Positions 1 through 13,499 of a DNA stretch of 64,000 bases are shown in pieces. A program made the position numbers and the translations under genes. The first letter of the stretch is position 1; every line of letters starts with the position of its first letter. The stretch is from Camelus ferus. Its lineage: Eukaryota. The notes below the pieces were generated by a model, which saw only the letters and a program-made list of their open reading frames with translations, was not told where the DNA came from and ran no database searches. The DNA lies in the NCBI RefSeq assembly GCF_009834535.1, contig NC_045696.1, positions 43,402,001 to 43,466,000 on the forward strand, in the 5' to 3' direction.

Positions 1-1025
1 GACATTATAATTTTAGGCATGCTTATATGTGTATAATTTTATTGACTTTAATGTTTCTACTACTAGATTACAAAGACAATAGTCATACTGTCTTGCTTAC
101 CACTGTATAACTGGAAAACAGCAGATTCAATAAATATGTGTTGACTTAAACATAAGCTAGAGATATAAAGTTTGGTGTCAATTTGTTTATTGATAATATT
201 TGAAGTCTTGGAATACATGAAATGGTCTAATGAAAATGCTAAAAAAATAAGCTTGGATAAAATAATTTAAGACAACAATAACAATAACAAGAAAAAAGAT
301 ACAGAAGGATTTTCCAGAGCAGAAAGGAAATAAGAAGAGTCTATATCAAAAAAAAAAAAAAAAAAGGGAGTGTTAAAACATTTAAGTGTTAAAAAACATT
401 TAAGAAGTAAATGTTTTTGCTTAATGCTACGGAGACTTAAAGTCACATGGGAATTAGTACACTCCTGAGTAATGTAATGATGTGAAAGTCATTGGTATTT
501 TTATGTGAGACTTGGTTTAGGAAAGTGGTGGAGACAGAAGACCAACTGGAGTGGGTTCAGGGTTGAGTGGAAGGTGAGGAACAGGTTGCAGAACTGATTA
601 CAATTCCGAAGTGTGTGGTTAGGAAGGAGAGGCTCAAGGTAAAAAGCTGCTGGAAGGGGATGATTGGTTAAGAGCCTCTTCTACTGCAGTTTGCATGTAC
701 CTATCACTTGATCTTCACCTATTAAGAAAATTTATTTCACACTATTCAGCTAGTACATTTGAGCAAATTTTAGCATCTGATTTCAAGTGAACAGAACCTT
801 CATACAATGACTCACAGGGCCCCATACCAATATTTAAGAAAATTAATGGATGTTTAGGATGGAATTTCCCATGAAATATGCTATTTTTCATCATGCCCTA
901 GAAAGCACAATTCATTACATAAATGAAAAAAGTTTCATTCTGTTACTACTTAGGCATGAATTTACACTTGTCCTCAGAAGATTATTTCTGTTAAGCTAAT
1001 ATCCATGGAGTATTTTAGAACAGTA

Positions 1026-1346
1026 CAGTTGTCCTTCAGTATCTTAGAATTGGTTCCATTGGTTCCCTCAGAGACCAAAATCCTTGGATGCTAAATTCTC
1101 TTATATAAAATGGCAGTTGTATTTACATATAACCTACACACACATCCTTCTGCATACTTTAAATCGTCTTGATATTAAATCATCTCTAAATTGCTCATAA
1201 AACCTAATACAATGAATGCTATGGAAATAGTTATAAATATAATGTGAATACTATGTAAATAGTTGCCAGCACTTGGCAAATTCAAGTTTCACTTTTTGGA
1301 ATTTTTAAATTTTTTTTCCGAATATTTGATCCCAGATGGTTGAATC
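1026..1346 (+). mobile_element. MER2/MER2B-like TcMar-Tigger MITE, right end truncated
   Basis: TA then CAGTTGTCCTTCAGTATC, followed by ACCAAAATCCTTGGATGCT, TATATAAAATGG, ATATAACCTACACA and TTTTTTTCCGAATATTTGAT..GGTTGAATC, in the order of the recalled MER2B consensus. Confidence 0.85.
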
Positions 1347-2128
1347 TCTCTCTGAAGTATTAAAGTATTTTCTCATTGTGATATATAATGATCCTCTTCT
1401 TATACCCCATTGAATGTTGTTTATTCATAGCTTGACTATATAGATTATTGTTTAAACTGGGTATATTGATAATAAAAAGTAATAATATTAATTATCTTCA
1501 CAGGAAAGCAAGGTAAAGTGGAATTTTTCCAGACAGTCACCTTAACTATAGTCATACAAATTATTCATGTACCTCTATTATCTCTCCTAGTACATGAACT
1601 ATGGCAAGTTAACTTAACCTCTCTAAGTCTTGGTTTTATAGTTTACAAAACACATATACCCTTAGAGTTGTATTGAAATTACATCTGATAATTTATGTAA
1701 ATAACTTTAAGCATAGTCAAATGATCTATATCTATATTTATATGTGTATATATGTATATATATTTGTATCTAAACTATATTATTTCCTATTATTACTTTA
1801 TTATTTAAGTTATACATATTAAGAGAATAGTATTCAGTTTTAGCACCAATGCTCTGTAATGTCATTCCTTAATTACTGGCAATTTATATCACTTTCCTTC
1901 TGAATTTTTCAAGAACTCTACCTATGAAACAAAAACTATTGATTTTTTTATGACACGCATTCTCTGAAAATTGGTAGCTATTTAAAAAAGACACAGAATG
2001 CCAATAACAGAAAGAAGGAACAGAAAATATCTTGAGATAATGTTTGTCTATTACCCAATGGACAAATTGCTAATTTTAGATGAGATACTTAGAAGCATGT
2101 GTATTCATCCCACAGATATGAAAGATGC

Positions 2129-2467
2129 TGACTGTAGTCTGAATGTTTGTGTTCCCCCAAAATTCATACCTTGAAAACCTAATGCCCAAGGTAATGATAG
2201 TATGAGGTGGGGCCTTTGGGAGGTAATTAGGTCATGAGGGCAGAGCCCAAATGAATAGAATAAAAGCCCTTATAAAAAGAGGCTTCAGAGAGGTAGCTTG
2301 CCCCTTACAATGAGGAGTATGCGACCTGGGAGAGGGCCCTCATCAGAGCATGCTGGCACCCTGACCTCTCACTTCCACCCTCCAGAACTATGAGAAATAA
2401 ATTTCTGTTGTTTATAAGGCACCCAGTCTATGATATTGTTTCAAAGTAGCCAAAATGGACTAAGACA
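2129..2467 (+). mobile_element. MLT1A-family (ERVL-MaLR) solo LTR
   Basis: CTGAATGTTTGTGTTCCCCCAAAATTCATA, GGGGCCTTTGGGAGGTAATTAGGTCATGAGGG, CTCCAGAACTATGAGAAATAAATTTCTGTTG, ends GACTAAGACA; homologous to the copies at 29813 and 62444. Confidence 0.9.
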
Positions 2468-2524
2468 AACACTATAAGTGCAAAGATAATATAGACACAA
2501 CTTTGCTTCCAGGGCGTAATTTTA

Positions 2525-2830
2525 CCAAAAGTTTCTTGGAGAGAGCAGTATGTTACATAATAAAAAGGGTTCCATTGTCAAGTAGATTTGGAAAACCTTA
2601 GCTGAACAAATGTAAAGAGACTAATATTTATTCGTTTTTTTAAAAAAAATTTTGGTGTCTCCCATATGATTTCTCAGAAATTTTAATGTTTAATATGTTA
2701 TAAATCTCTAGGGAGAGATGCAGCATGGGGACATTTTCAAGCTTAGTTGACTATAGAACACATTTTGAAAAATATTTTTCTAACAATATTCTGTGTCCTA
2801 AGGACTCGTACTGTGGGGAAGTCGTTTGTC
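2525..2830. mobile_element. MER103-like hAT-Charlie fossil
   Basis: Degenerate match to recalled MER103 (GTCAAGTAGATTTGGAAAA, TTTCTCAGAAATTTTAAT, GCTTAGTTGACTATAGAAC); boundaries approximate. Confidence 0.55.
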
Positions 2831-2979
2831 CAGACTCTTAAACTCCAGCTGGGCTCAGGAAATCTGGTACTCAGATCCTGTTCTTGTCCTGGATTTTGCA
2901 GATATGGGAAGCCTAATTCCTTCAATTTCCTACTCTAAAATTTGTTAAAGTATTCAGTTTTATCATTCCTTACTCTTTG

Positions 2980-3100
2980 TTTTATTGAGGTATAACTGAC
3001 ATGTAACATTAGTTTCAGGTGTACAACATAAATTAATTCAAAATATGTATATATCAGATAATGGTCACCAGAATAAGTCTAATGTCCATTACCACACATT
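2980..3100 (-). mobile_element. L1 3' end fragment (L1MA9-like laurasiatherian type)
   Basis: TTTATTGAGGTATAACTGACATGTAACATTAGTTTCAGGTGTACAACATA is the reverse complement of a typical L1 3' terminus. Confidence 0.75.
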
Positions 3101-4169
3101 CTTACTCTTACATGTGACTGAAGACATCTTATCACAATCGATTTATTTCCTCAGTGACAATCTGCATACTAGAGGTAACGCTTACCGTATTGAACAAATT
3201 CTGTCAGTTTCTACATAAAGCAGGGATGGATGGTATTTTCTTTTGCAGAGCTTGTGAGTTTATAATAGGTCTAACCTTCAGAACATGAAATGCCCAAATA
3301 AAGAAGCGTTTCAGAAGGACTGTCTCTTTATTTCTTAGATTTGTATTGCTTGGCATTTTTCTATTTTCCTATGTTCTCTTTCACCCTGGATGAAGACAAA
3401 CGTATGACTGGATTAGATTATGTGGTACGACTCTATGATTTCTCTGGTCCTTCTTTGCAAATCTTCCTCAGTACTGAAAGAGGTGAGAATTAGTCTTCAC
3501 TGGTAATTATTCAGTAAATAAGTGCTTCCTTCCCTGGTATGGGCTTTATTCATGCTGCCAAAATTGCTCTATTTGGGCAATGAATCAGAAGCTATAGAGT
3601 TGCTAAAGCATTAATATTAATTTCTGTCTATTCCAAGGATATTTTCATTATAAAGGAGTCTAGTATTCCACAAAGAGTTCTGTTTCCTGGGCTATAGGCT
3701 GTCCAGCACTCCTCAAGTTCTCAGCAACATGGGCTGCAAGAACAGATCAAGTTCTGCCTAGGTAAAGTGTCTGTGAGCATTGCTTTACACAGACAGTTTC
3801 AACAGTCAGTTATTCTACACAAAGGTTGAAATCTCCCCTGCTACCTCCTACATTATTCCAGGGCCTTATACCTAACCCTTGGTGTAACTGCTCTTTCTGC
3901 CTCTGAACTTCCTCCCTTCAGAGCCAATCTGTACATTGATGCAAAGATATAAGCAAAGACCTGATCATGGAATCTTCCTGCTTAACTAACATGGCTACCT
4001 GTAATCTACAGAACAACCATTTATCAAAGGTCTGCTTACCTCCCCAACTTCACCCAGGTTTTTATTTCCTTGCTGTTAGAAAACTCTCACTCCAAACCCA
4101 GCTCAGAAACTTTCGTGTTCTTTTATTCATTATACATTCAGCCAAAACTTTTGAATTCCTATTATTTAC

Positions 4170-4775
4170 ATTCACATATTTATGCATTCTGTGAATGTTT
4201 GCTGAATGCCTCTTTTGTTCTAGGGCACTTTTATAAACATTAAGGATATATCAGAGGACTAAGGAGAGAAAATCCTCTGGCTTCATAGATTTTAGATTCT
4301 CCTGGGGGCAGTGAGACAATATGTGAAATATGTGTGAAGTATATGATTTATTAGAAGGTAATAAATAATGTAGATAAAAGACAAGGAAAGGGGCTAGAGA
4401 GCACCAGAAAATGCATAAGGGGTGGTTTAACTTTAAATATGGTAGTTAGGATAGGCCACTCAAGAAGCTAACATTTCAGCAAGTGTTTGCAGGGGGCAGG
4501 GTTGGGGTGGGTGAAGTTAAATGTGGGTCTTTGGGGGAAAGCCTTCCAGGATAGAGGAAAGAGCTAGCACAAAGGTCTTTGGGTGGCAGAAGTCTTGGTA
4601 TGTTTGAAGAACAATAAGAAGATCAGTGAAAATCAGTGTTGCTTAATCAGAATGAATAAGGAAATATAGAGTAAATAAGATCCAAGAAGTATAAAGAGGA
4701 TCCAGATGATATGGCACCTGCAGACCATTAGAAGATTTGGCTTTTACTCTGAATGAGACAGTGAGGCACATCCAG
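4170..4775 (-). mobile_element. L2 LINE 3' fragment
   Basis: TGCTGAATGCCTCTTTTGTTCTAGGGCACT, GTTTGAAGAACAATAAGAAG and TTTGGCTTTTACTCTGAATGAGA resemble the antisense L2a/b 3' region. Confidence 0.7.
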
Positions 4776-5974
4776 TGAGATGATACAACTCTAGGATATT
4801 AGAGCAGCCATGAAAAGCTTTACCCATACATATTTCCATTTGATACCCCTAATACTTTAGGTGTACATTAGCTGAAGAATCCTGTTTCTCTAGACTGAGT
4901 TTCTCAAAAAAAGAGATCCTATAGTTGATACAGAGTAGGGATTTTGTAAAGAATTTATGGAATGACTCTATCAGGCAGCACATTTTTTGTTATGGCCAGT
5001 TTAATTTAAGAATTAATTACTAAAAGTTGCCAAATAAAATTCTAATTAAATACCTGTAAATCAACTAGATGACTGACAAATTGTTTGAAGCATTCTAGCT
5101 AATTCATTTTACCTGCAGTATTTCCCCCCAGATAGCGTACTCTTTTAGGATTAATCATACAACAAGTCTAAAGCAGTTTTCACTGAATTAAGTTCCTTTC
5201 AAAATGGTTTGTTATGAAATCCAAGTGATATTTTTGGTTCTAAATTATTCTAACCTCACAAATATGACCAAAACACATTATCTAATATGTTGACCTGTAA
5301 ATATAAAATTGCCATTTTAGAAACACTTGGGGGAGTATTCACAGTTAAACTAATTTATTTTTCACATGTCCTATTATAACTAACAGCATATGAGTCTGTT
5401 GCTTGACAGCACAAAGGAAATCTATTTGTAAGTTTGAATGTTTTTCATTTTTATGTTTTAATTGAAAAATAAAAAGAAAAGAAATAAGAAAATTCCTCCC
5501 TTGAGATTGAAAATAATGAAGTGTTTAAAATAACATTTAGTAATTAGCTTTAGGATGACCAGTTCAAAGACATGTTCTAAGCATTTTTCATTCACAGACA
5601 TAGATGTCTGTCATACCTAACACTTGCATTTCTTCGTTGATTAAATCATATATTTAGTCATAGTGTTCTTAGCAAGAGAATACACACTATGTTCTCATTG
5701 ATCCTATCAAATTTACAGTCAACACATGAGAATGAGAATGGCTAATGCCACTGAACATACAGCAGTAAACAGAACAGACCAAGTTCTCTGGCTTTAAAGA
5801 ATTTATCTACTCATAGAGGGATAAAGACTAAAATAAGTGAAATATATAAGTTAATTATACAGTATGTTAGTTGTAAGTATGTTATCAATTATAAAATTTT
5901 AATGAAGAAATTGTTAGCTTTCATTGGAGTTGCTAAAGAGCTGTAGCTTGGATTTTTAAAATGTCTCAGGGTCT

Positions 5975-6485
5975 TGTCTTAGCCTGGGTTCCCCTAAAAA
6001 TAGAGTCTGAAGCATAGACTTATGTGCACTAATCTATTAGAGGGTGTAATACTTGGGAGCAGAAGCGAGAAAAAGAGTGAAGCAAAAGGAGAGAAAGACC
6101 TAATAAGGGGGTATATTGTCTTATTGGCTACTTTGTGACATCAAGGACAGTCTATTTCTCCTTATTATGAAGTCATTTTCTAAAAGGCTATTTAAATGAC
6201 TGCTCTGTGGACAGTCCCTCCCTGAGAAGGAAGGGGGAAGAATGGATTCAGTGGCCTCCATATTCAACTGGCCGAAGTTTTGCCTCAAGTTTGTTCATGA
6301 GTTGATGTTAACAGGGAAGCCACAGATCCGAACAAGAGGTTCACAGAATGAGTATGAGGCAAGGCTTTGTCCGGTGTGTCTGCATGAGGATGATGGGAAC
6401 TATGTAAAACTAGCCACTGTGGTAACTGAAACAAGAGACAGGTGAGTCCATAAAGGTCTGAGCTGGTGCTTAGGAGGTGTTTGAG
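5975..6485 (-). mobile_element. Old ERVL LTR (LTR16/LTR33-like)
   Basis: TGTCTTAGCCTGGGTTCCCCTAAAAATAGAGTCTGAAGCATAGACTTATGTGCACTAATCTATT resembles the antisense terminus of LTR16/LTR33-type LTRs; subfamily and right boundary uncertain. Confidence 0.5.
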
Positions 6486-9405
6486 ATAGCCTTCAATCCT
6501 ATTTTAATTAGAGCAGAAAAGATCTTTCACATTTGTGTCCTATAAATTGTGCCAAACAAAGATAATTTAAAGCCATGAACCTGTCTCAAACCTCAGTTAT
6601 TTACCGGTGAAGAAATTGAGGTCCATGAAAATAAAATGACTTGCTATAGCTAAGTCAATGAATATCAGTATTGAGTTCTCCTGAGGTGTATATATAGCTT
6701 AGTAGTATGTACACACAAGGGATCCTTTATGAGGTCCCTGGTGCGTGAATAGGCTGCATGTCTCCTATAAGATACACATATCACATGTAAAAAAGGAGTA
6801 TTCACATATCTGTGCCTCAAAGATATATGAAATCTAAGATGTTTCAATTCATATAATTCATATTATAGTAACTAGGTAAATAGGCATGCTAGTGTTGGTT
6901 GTAATTAAAACTTTCAAATCGAAAGCTTTTATGAATTATATAGAAAGACCAACATTGATCCTTTTCACCGAAATGAAGTATTTTCTTCTATCTCCACCTA
7001 GATAGGAGCTCTCTTCATTACATTTTGCTCACATGCTTATTTTGGCCTCCAATTACTAAAAATAGCCATTTTGAAGTTGTTTTTATCTTTTCTACCAATT
7101 TGTGATCACTTGTATGCTTTGGGGAAAAAAGCACTGGATTTGGCAATATATGATACAAGCATAAGTCTCTACATATCTATTCACGCTCCCCACTTAAATA
7201 GATTAAGCCACATAGTCTCCCTAAATCTCATCCTCTTTATATGTAAATATTTTACTGTGTCTAATATCCTCAACTGAAGGTCCTTATGCAGATCCCATTA
7301 ATTAAACTGTGTAAAGTATTTGTAATGTGCTATTCAAATATTGTATCAATGATTACTTAGCCTGAATATTTCATATAATGAATGAATTTTTGTTGTTGTT
7401 AGATTGAGACAAAATATTTAAACAAAAATTAATGAGATTAGACACTGAGTTCTGGACCAGTTGTTGACTGAGATTTATTTGGCTGAATGAAATAAAGTCT
7501 AAATTTAAAATTTCAGAAATACCTTTAAATATTCTCTATGATCCTGATATTAAAGCCTCAATGATAATTTAGTTATAAGGCTTTATGTTTTGATAAGCTT
7601 TCCCAAATGCTAGGCAAAATTAACTATTTTTAAGTTAACATGAAATGTTTCATGTATAACTTTGAAAAATCAATACAACTAATTTGAGCTAAATATTAAA
7701 CTTAAGGTATGTTTTAAGATTAAACTAAATCTTGAATCATTTTGACATTCAGGCCATTTCTAGTGGATTTTACAAGTAATCCACATACTGGTTTTTTTTT
7801 AAATAATGATAACATATCTCTTCCTAAAGTATCTGCAAATTGTTCCATATGAAAGTAAATATTATATTAAAATATAGTCTTAAAATAGATCACTTTTTGC
7901 CAAATAAACTGTACTCTAGATCTGATTCTTGTGCAAAATAAATATATATTTACTTCTTTACCCAATTTGGTGCCTGAATAACTTTTGGTCATATACAATA
8001 TGTACAAGTACTTTCATCACCTCTGGAAGGAGATGGGGAGAACTATTATAAGCTTGAATGTCAATACGTAAGTGGAGATTAGATGATAGAGAGAGATGAA
8101 CAAAATATTTTGTTATTAAAACAAAGATTCTCATACAAACATTTTGGAAGCCATTAGTGTTCTAAAAGGAACCATGAAACTGAAGGATGGAAGACTTTGT
8201 GCAACATAGAATCATAATGTAATAGTTGTCCTTGCATGACATTGCTTAGATTACTTAACCTCTGAACCACAGTTTCCTCATTTGTGAGATTAAATCAATC
8301 AGTAAATGTGAACAGGATTCATAAACTGGAGCGTACTATGCAAACCATGGACATATATTCAATAAAATTCATACTGCTGGCATATAAGGGGACACGTATG
8401 ATGGAGAAATAGGTTCCAAAAACAAAACTCTAAAACAAAATGTGCATATAGAAAAGCAATAAAGTTATCAAAAATAGAATAATTTTAAAAAACTATTAAA
8501 TGGTTATAATCCTAAGGCAATTGTCATAAATGGCACTGGATTTTCTTGATAATGTTATTTTAAAGTGTATATTCTGCAATGTTAAGTGAATATTTCTTTG
8601 CTAATAGTTAATCTATACTTAAAGGCAAATAAAGAATCTATTAGATTATACTCTCTCCATTCTGCCTTTTTATGTTTTATCCCTTGACAGACTACAGATT
8701 TTTGTCATCTGTCAAAGAACCAAAGATACCAGAATAAAATGATGGCCTTAAATCTAAACTCTTGACAAATGTACTAGACACCAAAACTTTCATATCTGAT
8801 TAGTAGGACAGTGTATAAAGAACTGCTAGGCTACTAGGTGTCACAGAAATATTATTTTGGCAACTTGGAAAATCCTAATATATTTTGAAGTATTGCTATT
8901 TATTTGCCTGCATATTATTAAGCATGTATGGAGCATCCACTACCTGAAAAAAATTATTAGGCAATAGAAGTAAAGGTAAATATGATCAAGGCCGCATGCC
9001 AGATGAAATTTCTAATCTAGTGTCAAGTATAGAAAAAGAGACCCGTACTACAATATTGGTGGTAAGTACCATAAGAGACATACCATATTAATTCATTCAC
9101 CAAAAAAGGTCATAAAAGAAGATATCTATAAATAAATCATAACTTTGTATTCATTATGTTTAAACTTTTCAGAATGGCCTTAAATATGTACACAAATATT
9201 ACCCATAGAGTGTTTAATGCCAAAACTAGCTATTGATCCTATTACTTAGACACCTGGGAAGTTTAATAATTCATTATACAGGTAGATATAATAATATTAA
9301 GAATTTTTGGGAAGAGGGAGGTGGGTTCAAGGAGAATAAATTAAGTAGGCATGGAGACTAATTGTTCTTATTACTATTTCTCTCCCACCCAATAACCAAG
9401 ATGAT

Positions 9406-9438
9406 TGTGTGTGTGTGTGTGTGTGTGTGCGCGTGCGC
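9406..9438. repeat. (TG)12 microsatellite continuing into CGCGTGCGC (alternating purine/pyrimidine)
   Basis: Directly visible. Confidence 0.95.
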
Positions 9439-9648
9439 CTGCATGCTTACTGCACAGTATGTGAGTAAGGACTATTTTCCCACCCACCACTAAATCCATA
9501 CATCTATCTCAGCCCACTCTTTTCACTCCTTCCTATTTTGAGTAATGAAAGGTCCTGCTTGGTCTTATCACTCCTGATGTGTTTTGAAGCCACCCTTTCT
9601 CATTTTCTCATGGGATCTGTTCTTTTGATTATCTCTGGTCTCTTAAAT

Positions 9649-9860
9649 ATAGTGTCAGCAAACCTTTCTGTAACGGACCAGATAGTGAATACCCTAGGCT
9701 CTGAGAGCCACAGAACCTTTGTTCAACACTGCTTAAGTGGCAAGAAAACAGCCATAGGCTATTTGTAAGTCAATTAGTTTGGCTGAGTTACAATAAAACT
9801 TTATTTACAAAAACAGATAGTGATGTAGATTTGGCCCAGGGGTAGCAGTTTTACTTCCTA
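9649..9860 (+). mobile_element. MER58A (hAT-Charlie MITE) with 8-bp TSD
   Basis: GTCAGCAAACCTTTCTGTAACGGACCAGATAGTGAATA ... CAATAAAACTTTATTTACAAAAACAG ... GATTTGGCCC; flanked by TCTTAAAT (9641-9648) and CCTTAAAT (9861-9868), the TSD length typical of hAT elements. Confidence 0.9.
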
Positions 9861-10540
9861 CCTTAAATGGTAAATCTCTCCTTCTACTGTGTTATTTTTA
9901 AGTGCACTGAAATATATTCTAATATCACCCATCATAAAGGGTAATTTTACAAAAGATACCCATGTAGTATTTCTCTAATATTTAAAAGTTGTAAATCAAG
10001 CTCAAAAAAGAGAAAACTGTTAAATAAATAACTTCCCTCCAACCTTGAAAAACATAGTTTTATAAACAAATTTTAATTTAAAATTGTTGGCCTTCTTGAA
10101 GTTCCACATCAGAAATGATAGTAGAGAGAAGAAATGTATTTTCAGCCTCTTCCACTTCTCAGTCCCTCCCTTTCTCCCCACAGGACACAGATTCTCCACT
10201 CCTCATGCCTAGGAGGATGTAGTTTGCTCTCAGGAGGATAAACCCTGGAGATGAGTCTCTTGCAAGCTCTGGAGTAAGTCTGGTCCATATGACTAGAGTC
10301 CCAGGTATCCAGAAGGTGACAGAGAAAGAACAGCATGATGCTTGAATGGATATCTCCTTTTGGTTACATAGTCTTCTTACATATTAGGGAAAAGGAAGGC
10401 CAGAGAAGGGCCAGAGCTGGGACTGCTAAAGCCCAGGATCCAGGAAGGGGCCCCACTTGCTGGGGTGCAGATGTACAAATATAAAGTCTATGAGAATACC
10501 TCTGTCTCAATCAGAGAAACTCAGATTAATTTTCATTTTC

Positions 10541-10998
10541 TTTTATGGGTTTGTGTACCCCCAGCTTCATATGTTGAAGTCCTAACCTCCAGTACCACAA
10601 AATACGACCTTATATGGAAATAGAGTCACTGTAGATATAATTAGTTAAGATGAGGTCACACCGAGTAGTATAAGTCCCTAATCCAAAATAACTAGTGTCC
10701 TTATAAAAAGGGGAAATTTGGGCACAGATATACACACAAGGAGAAGCAATGTGAAAATGAAGGCAGAGTTTGGGGTGATGTTTCCAAAGGCCAAGGAATG
10801 CCGAAGATTGCTAGAAAACTACCAGAACCTAGACGAGAGCAATATAATAGATTTTCTCTCACGGCCCTCAGAAAGAAACAACCCTGCTGACACCTTGAGT
10901 TTGGAATCCTACCCTCCAGAAGTGTGAGATAATAAAGCTATTGTTTAAGCCACTCAGTTTTTGGTACTTTGTTACGGTGGCCCTAATAAATTAATACA
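10541..10998 (+). mobile_element. MLT1B/MLT1C (ERVL-MaLR) solo LTR
   Basis: TTCATATGTTGAAGTCCTAACC, AATTAGTTAAGATGAGGTCA, GTCCTTATAAAAAGGGGAAATTTG, GCCAAGGAATGCC, AACCCTGCTGACACCTTGA; ends TAATACA. Confidence 0.9.
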
Positions 10999-11149
10999 TC
11001 TCTTCAAAAAGACTTTCTTGTCAAGTGTTTCTATGTGGTTACTTTCTGTTTAGTTTCTATCATTGTACATTGTATCATTTTTTCTTTGACAATTATCACA
11101 CATTGTACTTATTTCTTATATATTCATTTATTAATTATATAGTAATTTC

Positions 11150-11500
11150 AGAGCTGATTAGTCCTATGGAAAATAAAGAAGGTAGAGTAGGAGACAGAAT
11201 ACAGGCAACGTTGTTTGGGTTACAATTTCAAATAAGGTGGTCAGCAGAGCAGTCTTTTTAAGGAGCTGACATCTGAACAAATATTTGAAGGAAGTGACTT
11301 AGTTACCAATTTTTCCTGAGAGAAGAGCATTCCAGAAGGAAAGGACACCAAACCAAGTCCTTAAGGTGGAATTATGCAGGTATACTGAAAAAACTAGCAA
11401 GGACACCAGTGTGGTTGAGGAGAATGAACAGGCAGGAACATACTAACAGGTGTTCAGAGAGGTAATAAGATTGGTAGAGAGAAGGCTTATCAATTTGGGT
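11150..11500 (-). mobile_element. L2 fragment
   Basis: GAGCTGACATCTGAACAAATATTTGAAGGAAGTGA..GAAGAGCATTCCAG..CCAGTGTGGTTGAG resembles antisense L2. Confidence 0.6.
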
Positions 11501-11734
11501 CTTACAGCTTGTCAAGTTCCTATATTTAGCAATACATAAAAAAATTAGTTAGAACTATGTTTGTGCTGGAGAAACCTTAATGATAATGTAATCCTACTTT
11601 TTTACTTTATAGAGAAAATTGAGGCAAGAGATAATCAAGATGCTCAAAATCACAAGTATAATTTGATCCATCACTGGAGCCTGTCTGACTGAACTGCATT
11701 CTCTGCTAGACCAGTGGGCATGGTGCCTCTAGAG

Positions 11735-11921
11735 CAGTGGTTCTCAAGTATACTGTGCATCTGAATCACCTATATGGATTGCTAAAACACAGAATGTTCA
11801 GCTCCATTCCTACCATTTCTGACTCATTCAGTCTTGATTTGGGTCATGATAATTTGCATTTCTAACAAGTTTCCAGGATGCTAATACTGATGATCTAGAG
11901 ACTATATGTTGGGAACCACTG
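11735..11921 (-). mobile_element. MER5A (hAT-Charlie MITE)
   Basis: Terminal inverted repeats CAGTGGTTCTCAA / TTGGGAACCACTG, internal AATTTGCATTTCTAACAAG, length 187 bp. Confidence 0.9.
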
Positions 11922-13176
11922 TTCCCAACTCATCTATGGACATACTATGTCAGCAGTATGACAAGAATTACAAATTTTGATTTCTTACCAAATTGCACTT
12001 ATTCATTAGATCAATCATAATTTCATGGAAATGCTAAGAACTTTCTTGCATGTTCTATGTCATGATATATCTTCCTGTAGGATTGCTTTTCTAGAACTTG
12101 TAGCATCTGTTACTATTTTTCCAACTATCTGGCCTCTTCATTATCCTTCCTGTTTCTCAATTGCCTGTCACCAGTTTCCTTTTAGAAAAAAAAAATTTGG
12201 ATCAGATTTTACATCCAAGAATTAGAGATAGAATGAAAAAGAATCCGTAATTTCTTTTATGATGTTGGGCCCTGGATGACTTTACTTCCTCCAAAGTCAG
12301 TCAATATATTTTTTTCTATTTTATGGTTCTAAATTATTTTGAAAATACATCAGGATGAAAATGCATGCCTAACTGTTTTTTCTACAATATAATATATAAT
12401 ATAGCTTCCCTCAAGACTGGAGAGTTTCCAGCTCTGTATGGATTTTTATATCATTACGTAAAGCCATAGGTGGCAAACATCAATAGACAAGATAGGAAAG
12501 AAAAAAACAACAACAACAAAAAACAGTCCTGAGAATTACACCAGTGTCAAGACAGAAAACAATTTCAAAACAATCTGGCAAATTATTTTTCCCAGGTTCT
12601 TAGGCAGTTTCCCATTTCTTGTCCAGACACTTTGGAGGACTCTTCTGACTTTCTTCCATATTGAAATACAGAAAGCCAGAGGTTAAAAAAAACAAACAAA
12701 CAAACAAAAAAAACCCCAAAAAACAAAAAACTAAGTAAATTAAATTTAGACACTATTTTTCTAAGGGATAGCCAGTAAATTATTGTCTGTTATTTATACT
12801 TTCTAACAATTTTTAGATCTGAATTATTGTCTATCTCTTCAGTTTTAATCTTGACTTTCCCTCCTTCAAAGGAAATTATTCAGTCAATCTGAGTTAGTTC
12901 TATATTCCTGAATATACTACACACTGTTTAATACTTCAGGCCCTTTGCACAGCTGTTATTCTCCCTGGAGCACCCTCCCTATTCTTGTCTACACGGTAAA
13001 AGCTTATACTTCTGTCAGGTAATACTGGCACAGCTTAAAAAAGCCTTTAGTGCCACATTCTACAGATCAAAGCTAGTCACAATGTCAAAAAGACTATAGG
13101 GAACTAGAGAAGTAAATCTCAAAACTCTGCATGTAAAAAGTATTGTGATTATGAAAAAGATTCTGATTCTGTATTC

Positions 13177-13499
13177 CTTTTTAAAAAAATTATATATATT
13201 TTTTATTGAAGTATAGTCAGTTTACAATGTTGTGTCAATTTCTGGTGTACAGCATAATGTTTCGGTCATATGTGAACATACATATATTCGTTTTCATATT
13301 CTTTTCACCATAAGTTACTACAAGATATTCAATACAGTTCCCTGTGCTATACAATATGAACTTATGTTTATTTTATATATATTAGTTAGTATCTGCAAAT
13401 CTTGAATTCCCAATTTATCCCTTCTAACTCCCTTCCCCCCTTGGTAACCGTAAGTTCGTTTTCTATGCCTGTGAGTCTGTTTTTGTTAGTAAATAAGTT
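13177..13499 (-). mobile_element. Relatively young 5'-truncated artiodactyl/camelid L1 3' end with 13-bp TSD
   Basis: TTTTATTGAAGTATAGTCAGTTTACAATGTTGTGTCAATTTCTGGTGTACAGC is an antisense L1 tail; TGATTCTGTATTC is repeated exactly at 13164-13176 and 13500-13512. Confidence 0.9.

Noticed and set aside
1351..1380. Similarity of CTGAAGTATTAAAGTATTTTC to the hairpin arm at 52266-52286
   Set aside because: Short, AT-rich and gapped; plausible by chance
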